This document shows, one piece after another, positions 30,238 to 41,533 of a DNA stretch of 64,000 nucleotides. The stretch lies in assembly GCA_964615185.1 (NCBI GenBank), contig CAZTOS010000003.1:1-64000 (forward strand). The letters are read 5' to 3'. The notes under the pieces are model-generated. The model saw only the letters and a program-made list of their open reading frames with translations. It was not told where the DNA came from and did not search any database. This stretch comes from an uncultured Thermococci archaeon. GTDB taxonomy: Archaea; Methanobacteriota_B; Thermococci; Thermococcales; Thermococcaceae. The number at the start of each line of letters is the position of its first letter. Within the stretch, counting starts at the first letter, position 1. Position numbers and translations under genes: made by a program.

Positions 30238-30969
30238 TCAGAAGAGATCTTCAAGCTTGACATCAATCTTATCTGGTATAAATGGCAACACATGTCTCGT
30301 TGTCTTTGGTGAGAAAACTTCTCCTCTTTTCACTAACTCCATAACTTCCTCTTTACTTGGGGCTTTTCTAATAAAGACGTAGTCAATTTCTCCTTTGTCC
30401 ATGTCCTCTTTTGCATCTTCTTTGAGACCATAATAAATAAGTTCAATTTCTCCTTCAACACTCATCTCATCAAGGACTTTGCTCACAATCTTTTGTTCTC
30501 TCAATCCACCTGGAATCTTGAATGCCTTATCTTTGCCAACAAGAGCAAAGGCAATTTCTCCTTTCTCTGCCAGTTCTTCAGCATTTTCACATTCTTCAAT
30601 TGTTAGCCCTTCTTTCTTGAGTCTTTCAAGAACCTTCTCCAAGTCACCCTTAAAAGCCGGACACCAAGTATAGACTTTCACATCATCACTAAAGTAGTCC
30701 AAAATTACTGATGGTGCCCTCTTAGCTCCAAGCTTCATGAGACCAGCCCACCTGTGGTGACCGTCTACAATCAGATACATATCCTCACCGGGAACTTTAG
30801 CCAAAAGCATAGGTTTCCAAAAAACACCCGAACCGGTAACACTTTCAATAAATGCCTCAAGTTCCTTTTGAACAAGCTGTTCGTGAGGCTTCATTTTCTC
30901 CAGCTCAATGAAAACATACTCAACTTTTTTAACGGGGATATCGTATTTTGGAACCTTTTCAACTCCCAT
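30238..30969 (-). CDS. serK: ADP-dependent free serine kinase (ParB/Srx fold)
   Basis: MGVEKVPKYDIPVKKVEY start, PHEQ, IVDGHHRW and PKTTRH match Thermococcales SerK. Confidence 0.9.
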   Translation of the reverse strand: MGVEKVPKYDIPVKKVEYVFIELEKMKPHEQLVQKELEAFIESVTGSGVFWKPMLLAKVPGEDMYLIVDGHHRWAGLMKLGAKRAPSVILDYFSDDVKVYTWCPAFKGDLEKVLERLKKEGLTIEECENAEELAEKGEIAFALVGKDKAFKIPGGLREQKIVSKVLDEMSVEGEIELIYYGLKEDAKEDMDKGEIDYVFIRKAPSKEEVMELVKRGEVFSPKTTRHVLPFIPDKIDVKLEDLF

Positions 30970-31187
30970 GAACATACCTCCCAAACGCTTTACACTATTG
31001 TGAAACATTTCATAAAATAAAAAGCTTTTCCTACAAACTATGCACGAATAAACTTCAATCAAAAATATTTAGTTAGGTGATAGGAAAGAATTTGCAGTCC
31101 TCTTGGATTTCTGTAAATCTCGAAAATAAAATTACAGATTAATACTTAAGTCGAAGAAAATCATCATTAACATTCATTAAAAAGCTT

Positions 31188-31265
31188 TGGTGGGCCCGCG
31201 GGGATTCGAACCCCGGACCTCCACCTTGTCAGGGTGGCGTCATAACCAGTCTAGACCACGGGCCC
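31188..31265 (-). tRNA. tRNA-Val(GAC), CCA encoded
   Basis: GGGCCCG acceptor stem, CCACC-CT-GAC-AA-GGTGG anticodon arm, GGTTCGAATCC T arm, ACCA end. Confidence 0.97.
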
Positions 31266-31274
31266 GCCCAGGTC

Positions 31275-31352
<78 letters not shown>

Positions 31353-31398
31353 ACCTGCCAAATTATAGACGTTGAAGTTAGTTTATAAAGTTTTCGCC

Positions 31399-32100
31399 TC
31401 AGATATAGCCGAACCTTTTTAAAACATGCAGTATTCCTTCAGCTCCTCCCGCTCCATAGGGCTTTGTAGTTATGTAATCTGCCTTTCTCTTCAGACTTTC
31501 TGGGGCCTGAGCAACCGCCACTCGATAACCAACAACCTCAAAAGCGTCCAAGTCATTCTCACCATCTCCAATGTGAGCAACCTCACTTGGCTTAATACCC
31601 AAGATTTCACAGGCTTTCTTTATCCCATTGCCTTTATTAACCCAAGGTTGCTTCACATGGATTGCATATCCAGAATCAACGGCAATTAAATTCAATCCAA
31701 GCTCTTTTATGAGCTCTCTAACAACTTCAACAGAGATGGTTCTTCTTAAGACAAGTCCAGCTCTTCTTTCACCATATTTCATTGTATAGCTCATTTCTGC
31801 CTCAGGATAGCGTTTCTTCAGCTCGCTCCAGAGTATCATGCACTCTCCCATATCACCAAGATAAATGCGGTTGTTTCCTTTATGATCTGCGACAACTCCA
31901 CCATCTTCAGCTATTATTGGTCCCGTAGTCCCAATTAAAATGCTGGCTCCCATTGCAAAGCCTGCGGTATTTCCTGTTACAAGCATCACTTTGACTCCTA
32001 AGCTTTCAGCTAATCTAATAGCCTTGAGAGCCTCTTCGTGAAGCCTTCTATCTTTATAAGTTATTGTTCCGTCAATATCCACCGAAATAACTTTAATCAT
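31399..32100 (-). CDS. Phosphoglycolate phosphatase (HAD IIB, archaeal type)
   Basis: DIDGTIT, TGN, NKG and GDGEND motifs. Confidence 0.9.
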   Translation of the reverse strand: MIKVISVDIDGTITYKDRRLHEEALKAIRLAESLGVKVMLVTGNTAGFAMGASILIGTTGPIIAEDGGVVADHKGNNRIYLGDMGECMILWSELKKRYPEAEMSYTMKYGERRAGLVLRRTISVEVVRELIKELGLNLIAVDSGYAIHVKQPWVNKGNGIKKACEILGIKPSEVAHIGDGENDLDAFEVVGYRVAVAQAPESLKRKADYITTKPYGAGGAEGILHVLKRFGYI

Positions 32101-32110
32101 GCAAATCACC

Positions 32111-33379
32111 TCAATGATCCTTCATAATCTCCCTCAAGACGCTTGTAGCATAAACCCCTTTAGGAAGGAAGAACTTAAAAGCCAGAGCATTCTCTTCAGG
32201 GAGGGCTTTATATTTAAACTCCAATGGCTTTATTAAAAGCTCTCTCCTTCCACCAGGCTCAGCCAAGATTTTTAGACTTTTCATTTTGAACTCTTTTAGG
32301 CTTATTTCCTCCTCTTCAAGTATCTCCCTCTCTATTCTACCCATTTCTCCGTCTGCTAAACGAGAAGCAAAGCCAAATATTGGACCTGTAACCATTGTCT
32401 CACCCTTTTTGATTTTTTCATTTACCAGCCTTAGCGTTCCTCTTGTGACTTTGAAAGTCTTGCTCCTCAAAGGAATTCCGTGCTTAATTTGACAGACAAT
32501 ATCCCCCACTAATGCTTCATTGAGAGGCAAACCTTCCTCAATTCTCTTAGAGAGGGCTTTATTGAAGAGATATGACTGATATGAATGTATAAAAATTCTG
32601 AGAATTGGTCTTGGCAAAACTGCAAACGCCTTTTTCCAGCTTCCCGTTTCTTTATAACGATATAGCATTGCTCTCTCGTATCTCAAGAATTTTGGAAATT
32701 CTTCCAATGCTCTCTCGATGTCTCCAGTTTCTAAGAAGTTTTTCCTCGCTTCATCACCTTCCATCTCGCCGGTATATTCACCTAAAAATTTAATTGCAGC
32801 CTCTTCAAACCGTCCTTTTAATAGGAGCTTCCCGATTTCATGATTCACAACTCTTCTCTCACCAAAGCGTTGATATCCAAAATAATTTGGGAATCCCCCT
32901 TTAGATTTAAGCTCAGCTATTATTTCCTTTGTTCTTTCAAAAGCCTCCTCAATTGGTAAATTTGGCTGCCTAATTATGATTCTAAACTTGTTCCCAACCA
33001 ACATGCCGAGCTTTAAAGGTTTGCCATAACCCACAAACTCGAGCTTTATATCTTGGATTTTTAGAGAATCGAGCTTTTCTTTTAATGCAATATCACAAAT
33101 GCTGATGTATTGGACTGTAAATGCATGTCTGTCTTTTGTTCCGGCAAATCCAATCTCTTTATAATGGATCCCAATTCTTTTTGCGATTTCTTTTATAGCT
33201 GCCATTGTCTCCCAATTCTTCTTCTTGAGCTTGTAGATTAAGCAAGGTCCCCTGCTAATCAACCTTTTTGGGACTACTTCAACGACTATAAAATCCTCTG
33301 GTCTTTGCTTAATTTTTCCCCCAATGCCAGGAGTTTCACTTAGATGTTTAAATTGTCTGAAAAACTCTCGGTAGTCCAT
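32111..33379 (-). CDS. truD: tRNA pseudouridine(13) synthase
   Basis: [26 protein letters not shown] and LPKGVYAT motifs. Confidence 0.96.
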   Translation of the reverse strand: MDYREFFRQFKHLSETPGIGGKIKQRPEDFIVVEVVPKRLISRGPCLIYKLKKKNWETMAAIKEIAKRIGIHYKEIGFAGTKDRHAFTVQYISICDIALKEKLDSLKIQDIKLEFVGYGKPLKLGMLVGNKFRIIIRQPNLPIEEAFERTKEIIAELKSKGGFPNYFGYQRFGERRVVNHEIGKLLLKGRFEEAAIKFLGEYTGEMEGDEARKNFLETGDIERALEEFPKFLRYERAMLYRYKETGSWKKAFAVLPRPILRIFIHSYQSYLFNKALSKRIEEGLPLNEALVGDIVCQIKHGIPLRSKTFKVTRGTLRLVNEKIKKGETMVTGPIFGFASRLADGEMGRIEREILEEEEISLKEFKMKSLKILAEPGGRRELLIKPLEFKYKALPEENALAFKFFLPKGVYATSVLREIMKDH

Positions 33380-33384
33380 TTATG

Positions 33385-33903
33385 TCACCGTAGAGCATCC
33401 ATAAATTCTTGAAAGGATTTGCAACTATTGGATAAATCTTCGAAATTTACTTTGCTTACATACTTAGGGAGCTGACTCTTCTTATATCCAACTTTCCTCT
33501 TTAAGGCATCAGAGGGTTTAGAATCCCATTTAATGTCTAAGCTTTTACAAATCCATTCTTCAACTTCATACTCAAAGAGAACTATCTTTATGGGAGTGTT
33601 TGTTTTCGCAGGGATATGGCTTTTTACTTGATTAAATCTTTGAGAATAATTTGATGGTCCATCTCCGTCATAAATTAAGATTATCCTATCAGCATTTGCC
33701 GTATCTGTTGCTGTTATTATCTTTTTTAGCTTTGGGTTGCATAGATATGGAGCGTGAATTGGATTTCTTCGCCCAGAGAGTTTCTTTAACTTGACCTTAT
33801 ATGGCAGAAAATTACTTTTATTCAACTCTTGAAGTACTCTTTTGAAAAACTCACCACCATAGGTATCTTCAACTATCAAAATCACTTCCAATGTCACTGG
33901 CAT
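33385..33903 (-). CDS. TOPRIM-fold protein, partner of the upstream ABC ATPase (DUF4276/DUF4435-like)
   Basis: LIVED and IYDGD TOPRIM acidic motifs, plus EVEEW. GAGGGA RBS before ATG 33903. Confidence 0.65.
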   Translation of the reverse strand: MPVTLEVILIVEDTYGGEFFKRVLQELNKSNFLPYKVKLKKLSGRRNPIHAPYLCNPKLKKIITATDTANADRIILIYDGDGPSNYSQRFNQVKSHIPAKTNTPIKIVLFEYEVEEWICKSLDIKWDSKPSDALKRKVGYKKSQLPKYVSKVNFEDLSNSCKSFQEFMDALR

Positions 33904-33913
33904 TCCCTCACTT

Positions 33914-35320
33914 TCAATGGCTTTCATTGTTTTCAAATATTGAACCATAGAGCCATCCTTCACTCAAAGCTAAACCCCTTTCCTGAAGAAACTTCTTTAT
34001 TTTTTCAGGCTCTCTAATTCTCTTAAATTTGGTTTCTCCTCGTTCCTTATCTACAAGGATTAAATCCGCAGGCTCGGTCATATCAACAACAACTGGAGAG
34101 TGTGTAGTGATTATCGCTTGAACGTCACTTTCTTTTATTGTATCAAGAATTAGTTCCAAAGTCTCTGGATGAAGGGAATTTTCGATCTCGTCAATAATCA
34201 GAAGGGGAGGCTTTAGATAAACAGCAGTTAGGAGTGCTAATACTTTATAGAATCCATCTGAAATACTCGGTGGGGCCAACTCAAGTCCATTTTCAAAAAC
34301 TTTCATGGTAACTCTGCCATCTTCCATTAGCTGGAAGAATACACGAGTGTTAGGAAAGATTATTCGTAGAGGAGCTTCGATTTCTTCGGGAAGTCTGCCT
34401 TCTCTTAGCCAAATAGTATACAGAATGTTGGTTAAATTACTTCCATCTTCATAAATTCTATTTTCCTTCTTGGGATATTGGGGAGTCTTGATAAAGTTGA
34501 TAATAAGTGGCTTTAATACTATCATATGATTTATCATAAAATAAAATTCATCTCGAAATTTTGTTAGGAGAGTATCAGGTAAGTCTTCTCTTTTATTTGG
34601 TATAATTGGATTTATTATGTAAAGAATACTCTCTCTAGAGAATTCTCCTTTTTCAGCAACATCTATTAGCGCTTTAAGTGGGCTTACTTCATGAATAGAA
34701 TTCACACCAAATCCAAATTCCTTTAAAAACAGTGTCATTCCGTGCTCTACGCTAATGAGAGATATCAAATTTTCTTTGTCTTGTATTTGTATTTCCAATC
34801 TTTTGAGATTTTTAATATTTAATCTGAAAAAGTCATCACGTAGAAAATCTGGTATGATATAGTTATTTTTGAGATGTTCTTTAATTTTGGAAATAATAGG
34901 AAGTACTTTCTTTAATTGAACTTCATCATGCTCAACTCTAATCCATTGTCCTTCTTTCTCAATCTTAACATATCCTCTAATATCCAGAATCTCCCTTAAA
35001 ATTTGGAACCTTCCACCTGTTCCCGTAAAAGTTGTCTCAAAATATACATCATACCCCTCCACATCAAAGAGCATGCCAATTGTTATAGGTAATTCCTCCT
35101 TTCTCTGCCATACAACGTTGTTGTAGCCCCACCATTCAAGAAATGGATTTGAGTCTTTTTCAACATAAATCTTTCTTAAAAGCTTAAAAATCTCCACAAG
35201 ATTGGATTTACCTGAGGCATTAACACCAATCAGCACGTTAAATTTTCCAAGCTCAATTTCACAATCATGAAGACTTTTGAAGTTTTTGACGATTAATTTT
35301 TTTAGTCTCACACTTCTCAC
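33914..35320 (-). CDS. ABC-type ATPase (AAA_15/AAA_21, COG4637-like)
   Basis: NFKS, Walker A GVNASGKS, SDG signature, Walker B LLIIDEIENSLHP, TTHS H-loop. Confidence 0.9.
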   Translation of the reverse strand: MRSVRLKKLIVKNFKSLHDCEIELGKFNVLIGVNASGKSNLVEIFKLLRKIYVEKDSNPFLEWWGYNNVVWQRKEELPITIGMLFDVEGYDVYFETTFTGTGGRFQILREILDIRGYVKIEKEGQWIRVEHDEVQLKKVLPIISKIKEHLKNNYIIPDFLRDDFFRLNIKNLKRLEIQIQDKENLISLISVEHGMTLFLKEFGFGVNSIHEVSPLKALIDVAEKGEFSRESILYIINPIIPNKREDLPDTLLTKFRDEFYFMINHMIVLKPLIINFIKTPQYPKKENRIYEDGSNLTNILYTIWLREGRLPEEIEAPLRIIFPNTRVFFQLMEDGRVTMKVFENGLELAPPSISDGFYKVLALLTAVYLKPPLLIIDEIENSLHPETLELILDTIKESDVQAIITTHSPVVVDMTEPADLILVDKERGETKFKRIREPEKIKKFLQERGLALSEGWLYGSIFENNESH

Positions 35321-35394
35321 CTATTACAGACTTATCATAGTGAAGATATTTAAAAATTCTGCATTGAGCAGAAACCAACGAATGAACTTTTGAC

Positions 35395-35751
35395 TCACAA
35401 CAGCTTTAAATGTCCCGTAACTTTATCGACAAGCTCTTCAGGTGCAGGCCCAATTGCCAAGCATGTTATTGTTCCAGGGGGGATCTCAGTCAGTCCAGCA
35501 TCTCTAATAAGAGCAGTTGGCATACCAAGTTTTTCTGCTTCCGCTTTTAATTCAAAGAGCTCCTTTTCATTCTGCACTTTTACAACTACTTTTTTCTGTC
35601 CTTCGTGGAACCATGCTTTGAACCATTCTGGTTTCTCTTTATATGCTTTAAACGCTGCTGTAACTGCACCATGGGCAACTTGAACTGCTAACTTCCCCTT
35701 ACTGAGCTTTAAATCCTGCCTAATGACCATAACTTGCTTGTACTTGAACAT
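35395..35751 (-). CDS. pth2: Peptidyl-tRNA hydrolase Pth2
   Basis: [23 protein letters not shown] and GHLKLL motifs. Confidence 0.96.
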   Translation of the reverse strand: MFKYKQVMVIRQDLKLSKGKLAVQVAHGAVTAAFKAYKEKPEWFKAWFHEGQKKVVVKVQNEKELFELKAEAEKLGMPTALIRDAGLTEIPPGTITCLAIGPAPEELVDKVTGHLKLL

Positions 35752-35803
35752 GTCCCATCCCTAAAATAGGGGAAGAAAGAGAGTATATAAAGATTAAGAA
35801 GAG

Positions 35804-37852
35804 TTAGGGAGTTTCCTCTTTCTCGACTTCTGGGGGTTTTGCTTCTTGCTCCTCTTCTTCTTTCTTGGGAAGTCCTCCAGGTCTCTTCTTTCTTCTTTCC
35901 AGCTTACTCTTGACAATTTCATACTTGTTCTTGTAGTTCACTGTTGCGGCTCCAAGAGCAATGACTAATATCAGCAGAATCACTATTAAAGGAGTCTTGT
36001 AGTCCGATTTCTTTGGAAGGTAGTTTATTGTGACATTTTCAATAGCTTGTGCAAGCGGTGTTGGGTCTTTTAAGGTACTTAGAGTTTTCTTTATGTAATC
36101 AGGAAGTTCTTTGGGTTTTGGATATACCTTAACAATGTTCTCTTTAACAACAACTTTTGGTGGAATTGAATTGATGATTAGCAAGTTGCCAAAGTACTTC
36201 TCGTGCCAGTTGCCAAGTGGGTCTTGATATTTGAGCTTTGCACCTATGATTGAAATCGCTTGCTTGAGAACAACATATTGTCCCTCGACTATCTTTTCCT
36301 CGCCAGCTTTTATATCTCCGAGCTTAATTGTCGTTTCACCATCAATACTGTCTGGTAGTATTAGTTGGAGGGCTGCATTCCTTATGAATTCAAATTCAGG
36401 ATTGCCCTTTGCAGCGGAAATCTTAAACCTAAGCTTAATGTTCTTTTCTTGTGTTGTGATATAATTCCTCCATGTTCCGTTGAAAGATTCTGCAGAGAGA
36501 GAAATTTCTGGAATTGAGTACACCACAATTCCTTTGACCTCGTTTGAAGTTACAACCTTCTTCTGTCCAGCTTCATTGTAATATTCCACTTTTACCTTTC
36601 CAAGGTCATACTTGCCAACTTGAGTTGGCTTTAGGGTATATACCAGAACTGGCATTTTTGTAAAGGCATCAAGGGTTTTTAATGACCACGTGCCAATTCC
36701 ACTCTTAAGCTCAAAGTTGTTTGGCAGAGGCGCAATTACTTTCACGTCAAAAGCTTTTCCTCTTCCTTGATTTTCCACATTTACAAATACTACAAGCTCT
36801 TCACTGTTAAGGAGCATTTCCTTAACATTTGTGCTTAGGTCAACTTTAATTTTGGCTTTTCGAACTATTGGAGAAACCTCTGCACCGCTTGGGGCATAAA
36901 CTTTGATATAAGTGCGGTTGTATGCTAAATCAACACTATTTGGAGGTATTTCAATTCTAATTGGAGCTTTCTTGCTTGTATAGCTACTTCCTTCTTTTAC
37001 ATTAAACGTTTCTAAGGGCTTATTATTCTTATCAAAGAGGCTCAAACTTGAATAATATCCTATCGAATTAAGCCTGAGCTTGTAGATTGTTGAGTTATAA
37101 TTCATCATAAGAATCTCTCCGACGTATAGAATATCGTTATATACAAGCTCTGTTGGTTCAACTGTAGTTTCAGTTGTGGTTTCTTCAGTGGAGGCTCTCT
37201 TAATTTTCAACTTGGTTGAGGCATATTTTGGAGCATAAATATCAACTATAGCGTACTCATTGCTTACGGAGCTCTTTAAGAACACAAAAACATAGGGATA
37301 GTATGACACTTCGCTGGTCAATTTATAAGCAACTCCAAAGCCATCATTTTCACTAACCGTTTTGGTCAGTTTAGTATATGGTAGGTAAACGGTGAATCTG
37401 GCACTTGTGCTATAAGCATCAATGAGTTTTATTTTTATACTCGGAAATCCTGTTGGGAGAGTGTATGTGTCCCCCTCATCAAGCCTTTTATCGGATGCTA
37501 TTTTAATCAAGGGAGAATCAATTGCTATCAGTATTGTCTTTTTATCAGCTTGAGCCCATTTCAGCGTAATTCTGAAGAAGGTATTTGTTGAACTGGGATA
37601 GTAGTAGCTGTCTCCTAAACCAAGAACTGCTGTTGCTTTCTTATTACCGTTCTCATAAATGTCCAAGGCTGCTTTTGTCCAGTATGGATCAACATCAGTA
37701 AATTTGATCTCATAACTCCCAAAAACCACGGAATCCTTAAGTCCGAGTTCAATTAAACTTAATCTTGCGTATTCTGGGACAGATACAGATTTTACGGCTG
37801 GGGCTGTTGACAAAAGTAACAATCCAATTAACATTAAAGCCATCCTTCTCAT
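35804..37852 (-). CDS. Cell-surface protein (S-layer-like / BatD-like Ig domains, C-terminal TM anchor)
   Basis: Signal peptide, beta-rich domains, VENQGRGKAFDV, TM helix and charged tail. Confidence 0.8.
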   Translation of the reverse strand: MRRMALMLIGLLLLSTAPAVKSVSVPEYARLSLIELGLKDSVVFGSYEIKFTDVDPYWTKAALDIYENGNKKATAVLGLGDSYYYPSSTNTFFRITLKWAQADKKTILIAIDSPLIKIASDKRLDEGDTYTLPTGFPSIKIKLIDAYSTSARFTVYLPYTKLTKTVSENDGFGVAYKLTSEVSYYPYVFVFLKSSVSNEYAIVDIYAPKYASTKLKIKRASTEETTTETTVEPTELVYNDILYVGEILMMNYNSTIYKLRLNSIGYYSSLSLFDKNNKPLETFNVKEGSSYTSKKAPIRIEIPPNSVDLAYNRTYIKVYAPSGAEVSPIVRKAKIKVDLSTNVKEMLLNSEELVVFVNVENQGRGKAFDVKVIAPLPNNFELKSGIGTWSLKTLDAFTKMPVLVYTLKPTQVGKYDLGKVKVEYYNEAGQKKVVTSNEVKGIVVYSIPEISLSAESFNGTWRNYITTQEKNIKLRFKISAAKGNPEFEFIRNAALQLILPDSIDGETTIKLGDIKAGEEKIVEGQYVVLKQAISIIGAKLKYQDPLGNWHEKYFGNLLIINSIPPKVVVKENIVKVYPKPKELPDYIKKTLSTLKDPTPLAQAIENVTINYLPKKSDYKTPLIVILLILVIALGAATVNYKNKYEIVKSKLERRKKRPGGLPKKEEEEQEAKPPEVEKEETP

Positions 37853-37914
37853 ATTCTTCTCCTCCAAGGATTTATCAGCCTAAATGGAAAAAAGGATAAA
37901 GAAGTATAAAGCTG

Positions 37915-39231
37915 TTATGGTGTCAGTCTTTTTCTATCTCTTGGGAATAATATAACTTCCCTTATATTACCCAAGTTAAGCATTTGCTTAATCAGCCTCT
38001 CAGCACCCAATCCGAAGCCACCATGTGGTGGCATTCCATATTTGAAAGCTTTTAGGTAGAATTCAAAGCTTTCAACATTTAGTCCCTTTTCCGCTATCTG
38101 TTGCTTGAGGATTTCATATCTGTGTTCTCTCTGACCTCCAGATGTAATTTCAACCCCCCTATACTCCATATCAAAAGCCCTTGAAATTTTTGGATTATTA
38201 TCATATTTCATGATATAGAATGGTTTGGCTTCACTTGGATACTGATATATGAAGTATAAGTCTTCGTCATAGTTCTCCTTAATATACTGTCCAAGAAGCT
38301 TCTCACCTTCGGTGTCTATGTCTTCGCCCCAAGGGATGTCTTTACCTAAATCTTTGAGAATTTCTAAAGCTTCTGTGTATGTTATTCTCCTAAATGGCAA
38401 CTTTGGTTCTTCAAGTTCAAAGTTGAGAATCCCAAGCTCCTTCTCGTTGTGCTCTCTAACATAATTGATTACGTATGCCACAAGGCGTTCTAACACCTGC
38501 ATAACTTCATCTTCATTCTCAATAAAAGCAATTTCAGCATCAATGCTCCAAGCTTCGTTTAAATGTCTTGTAGTGTTGTGCTCCTCTGCTCTAAATATTG
38601 GAGCAATCTCAAAGACTTTGTCCAGTCCTGATGCCATCATCATCTGTTTATAAAGTTGAGGAGATTGGGCCAAGAAGGCATCTTTCTCGAAGTATTTCAT
38701 TGGGAACAGCTCAGTTCCTCCTTCTGTGGCAGTAGCTATGATTTTCGGGGTATGGATTTCTATAAACCCTTCCTTGTAGAAAAACTCTCTTACAGCTTTA
38801 AAAACATTTGACCGGATTTTAAATATTGCCATGACCTCTTGCTTTCTTAAGTCAATAAATCGATTGTCTAATCTTGTGTCAAGTTCTGCCTTAACTTTTC
38901 CTGTTGGATCCAATGGAAGGGGTGTTTCAGCTTTTGAAAGCACTTCAAGCTTTTCGGGTATTATTTCAAATCCTAATTTAGCTTTGGGCGTGAAGTTTAC
39001 CACTCCTTCAACAGCTACAACATCTTCGCTATTCAGTTTTGGAATTAATTTGAATATCTCTTCACTGACTTTCTTTTTAGGGGCTGTTACCTGAACAATC
39101 CCTTCTCTGTCCCTAATCCAGAGAAATTTGATTCCCCCAAGGTCTTTGACTTCGTAAACCCAGCCAGCAACTTTAACTTTTTGTCCGTTAAGTTCCTCAG
39201 TTATTTGACTTGAATAGTGGGTTCTATACAT
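37915..39231 (-). CDS. aspS: Aspartate--tRNA ligase (archaeal)
   Basis: [28 protein letters not shown] and GLGAER motifs. Confidence 0.97.
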   Translation of the reverse strand: MYRTHYSSQITEELNGQKVKVAGWVYEVKDLGGIKFLWIRDREGIVQVTAPKKKVSEEIFKLIPKLNSEDVVAVEGVVNFTPKAKLGFEIIPEKLEVLSKAETPLPLDPTGKVKAELDTRLDNRFIDLRKQEVMAIFKIRSNVFKAVREFFYKEGFIEIHTPKIIATATEGGTELFPMKYFEKDAFLAQSPQLYKQMMMASGLDKVFEIAPIFRAEEHNTTRHLNEAWSIDAEIAFIENEDEVMQVLERLVAYVINYVREHNEKELGILNFELEEPKLPFRRITYTEALEILKDLGKDIPWGEDIDTEGEKLLGQYIKENYDEDLYFIYQYPSEAKPFYIMKYDNNPKISRAFDMEYRGVEITSGGQREHRYEILKQQIAEKGLNVESFEFYLKAFKYGMPPHGGFGLGAERLIKQMLNLGNIREVILFPRDRKRLTP

Positions 39232-39258
39232 TTTTCGAACCTCCAAAAAAGAATGGAA

Positions 39259-39771
39259 TCAGATAAAAGCAATTTTAGCATCTTTTCCAGTGATTTGGCT
39301 CAAAATATTTTCCAAAACCTCTGGCTTTTCAGGAAGCTTGTTCCTGTCTCTCTGAAGAACCAGGACTTTGTAGTACTGTCCACCATTTGGTTTATAGACC
39401 ACATTGACTCCAAATATGCTTGCTGGATAAAACAAATCTGTTGCAAGTTTTTTAACGTCATCTGTCCCTTTGATCTCTCTTCCTTCAATTACCCTAATTC
39501 TCTTGCCAAGTTCCCTCATGAGAAGTTTGATATTTTTTCCACCCTTGCCAATTGTAAGCGGAACGTCCCCCTCGCCAACCATAATTACAATTAAGTCTCC
39601 GGCTTCAACAGCTCTCTTGAACTCTATGTCTGCATCTCCTAAGAGCTTGTATAGCAATCTTGCAATTTTAACGTCAAGCTCAGAAATAACACCCTCTTGT
39701 AGCTTCTTTTCATCTGCCGGGCAAAGAATGTCGTCAGTTTTCAAACAAACCTCACAGATTGGTGCTTTCAT
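39259..39771 (-). CDS. NusA-like KH-domain protein with Zn-binding N-terminus
   Basis: CEVC...LC and the IGKGG KH motif. Confidence 0.85.
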   Translation of the reverse strand: MKAPICEVCLKTDDILCPADEKKLQEGVISELDVKIARLLYKLLGDADIEFKRAVEAGDLIVIMVGEGDVPLTIGKGGKNIKLLMRELGKRIRVIEGREIKGTDDVKKLATDLFYPASIFGVNVVYKPNGGQYYKVLVLQRDRNKLPEKPEVLENILSQITGKDAKIAFI

Positions 39772-39905
39772 TTGCTCACCTCCTGCTAATATTAAAAATG
39801 AACATAACAAGCTAACACTTTTTTGTGAGAGTTATTTAAAAACCTTATCATTTAAAAATTCAAAGTGACCCGCTAACAGGAACATCTAAAAGAGAGAACA
39901 AGTGG

Positions 39906-40520
39906 CTAAAGCTCACCCTCAATTTCCTTCTTGATCCTCCATATGAATTCCTCTACATATTCATGTCTCTCAAGTGCAATTTGTTTTGCAGTTTCAGTGT
40001 ACATCAGGTCTTTAAGTTTTAGTATTTTCTCTTCGAAATGTTTGAGTGAAAACTCTATGCTCCTTCCATGTTCCCCGGAATACATAAAAACCCTTGCAAT
40101 TCCTATTGCACCTATTGCATCAAGCTTGTCTGCATCACTGAGGATTTTTGCTTCTAATGTCTGCGGTTCTGGTGGTTTTGAAAAGCGATGAGCTTCAATT
40201 GCATGAGCAACTTGATCTGCTTTTTCATAACCTAAACCTTCAAGGAAGCGTTTAGCGATTTTTGCACCTTCTTTAGCATGATCTTCAACCTTTCCTTTAC
40301 TTTCAAGAGGTCTTGCAATGTCATGGAGGAGAGCAGCTAAGGCCAAAACCTCCAAATCTGCTCCCTCTTTTTGGCCTATATGCATGCAAAGTGCGAGAAC
40401 CCTTTCAGTGTGTGAAAATCCATGTGTGCCTTCTCGCTCAAAAAAGTTTTTGGCAAATTCTTCAGCCTTTTTGATTAAAGCTAAGCTCTTCTCATCTTTT
40501 ATGAAGTCTTCGATTCTCAT
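39906..40520 (-). CDS. HD-domain phosphohydrolase
   Basis: H...LLHDI...H...DADKLD motif set. Confidence 0.9.
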   Translation of the reverse strand: MRIEDFIKDEKSLALIKKAEEFAKNFFEREGTHGFSHTERVLALCMHIGQKEGADLEVLALAALLHDIARPLESKGKVEDHAKEGAKIAKRFLEGLGYEKADQVAHAIEAHRFSKPPEPQTLEAKILSDADKLDAIGAIGIARVFMYSGEHGRSIEFSLKHFEEKILKLKDLMYTETAKQIALERHEYVEEFIWRIKKEIEGEL

Positions 40521-40542
40521 TCTAACCACCTGACTTCTCTGA

Positions 40543-41349
40543 CTAAAGCTGATAATTCACTGTTTCCTTTAAAAGCTCAACGATTTTTTCGTGAATTTTA
40601 ACATTCAAGCCATCAACACTCATTATGGGTTTTTTAATTATACCATCAATTAATCCAGCAGAAACTATGACTTCTAAGTTCTTTCGTTCATTCCAATCCC
40701 TTAGAAGGTTCTCTCCAATTTCAAGCGAAACCTGAGCAACCAATCCGTAAGCTCCCCAATTGGAGACCGCAGAAACTATGAGCTCATTGGTCTCAACCAC
40801 AGTTGCAATCTTCTCTCCAAGAGGAATATATTTTTCAATGAGCTGTCTGATTTTACCCATACCTATCTCGTTACCACCATCGCCAATCCCAATGGTTGAA
40901 ATGCCCAACTCTTTGGCTTCTAAAAATACCTTATCGAAAGGAGGAACTTCCACTTCCATGCCGCTCATGGAATAGTATTTTCCATCTTTTGCCCTCCCAA
41001 CAGTCTCAACACTTATTAGAAGTGAGTACTCTGAAGTGGTTGGATGATCAACAAAGTTAACGCCAAATGGCTTCAGAGCTTTTTTTACCTGTTCATGCGC
41101 CCAGATTTCGGCTTTTCCTCCAATCTTTTCAACAGCTCTATAAATTGCCAAAGCTCCCAATGGTCCGTCAGTTTCGCAGATGTTCATAGGAGGGATGGGA
41201 AAGCTTGAAACAATTAGGACTTTCTCTGAATTATCTAAGAGTAATTTTGCAGCATTTTTTAAAAAATTGAAATTTTTGAGACGATATTCCAAATAAACCT
41301 TCAGAATCCCTCTACCATAAATATCGGTATTTATGATGTGAGCTATCAT
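40543..41349 (-). CDS. DUF4392 / D-glutamate cyclase-like protein
   Basis: ETDGPLGA, GIGDGGNEIGMG and VSNWG motifs. Confidence 0.82.
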   Translation of the reverse strand: MIAHIINTDIYGRGILKVYLEYRLKNFNFLKNAAKLLLDNSEKVLIVSSFPIPPMNICETDGPLGALAIYRAVEKIGGKAEIWAHEQVKKALKPFGVNFVDHPTTSEYSLLISVETVGRAKDGKYYSMSGMEVEVPPFDKVFLEAKELGISTIGIGDGGNEIGMGKIRQLIEKYIPLGEKIATVVETNELIVSAVSNWGAYGLVAQVSLEIGENLLRDWNERKNLEVIVSAGLIDGIIKKPIMSVDGLNVKIHEKIVELLKETVNYQL

Positions 41350-41353
41350 TTTT

Positions 41354-41533
41354 TCATTCCTCGATTTCATACACTACAACTTTAACTCTCTTACCCTTGA
41401 GGGCTTCTTTCAGCTCCCACCAGAGTTTTGTTGGAGATTCTTGAGTATGAACAAGCCTATCACCATTTTCGAGTTCAACTATCTTCTCTTTATATTCAAC
41501 AAAAACTCCTTCCCTGTTAAATATTTCCCTCAT
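41354..41533 (-). CDS. Small hypothetical protein (59 aa), missing from the ORF track
   Basis: MREIFNREGVFVEYKEKIVELENGDRLVHTQESPTKLWWELKEALKGKRVKVVVYEIEE*. ATGA overlap upstream and 4-nt gap downstream; it fills the operon gap exactly. Confidence 0.8.
   Translation of the reverse strand: MREIFNREGVFVEYKEKIVELENGDRLVHTQESPTKLWWELKEALKGKRVKVVVYEIEE

Noticed and set aside
30655..30670. SerK reads TWCPAF where I recall TWYPAF in homologues
   Set aside because: A single substitution that I cannot verify without an alignment, and there is no evidence of functional effect.
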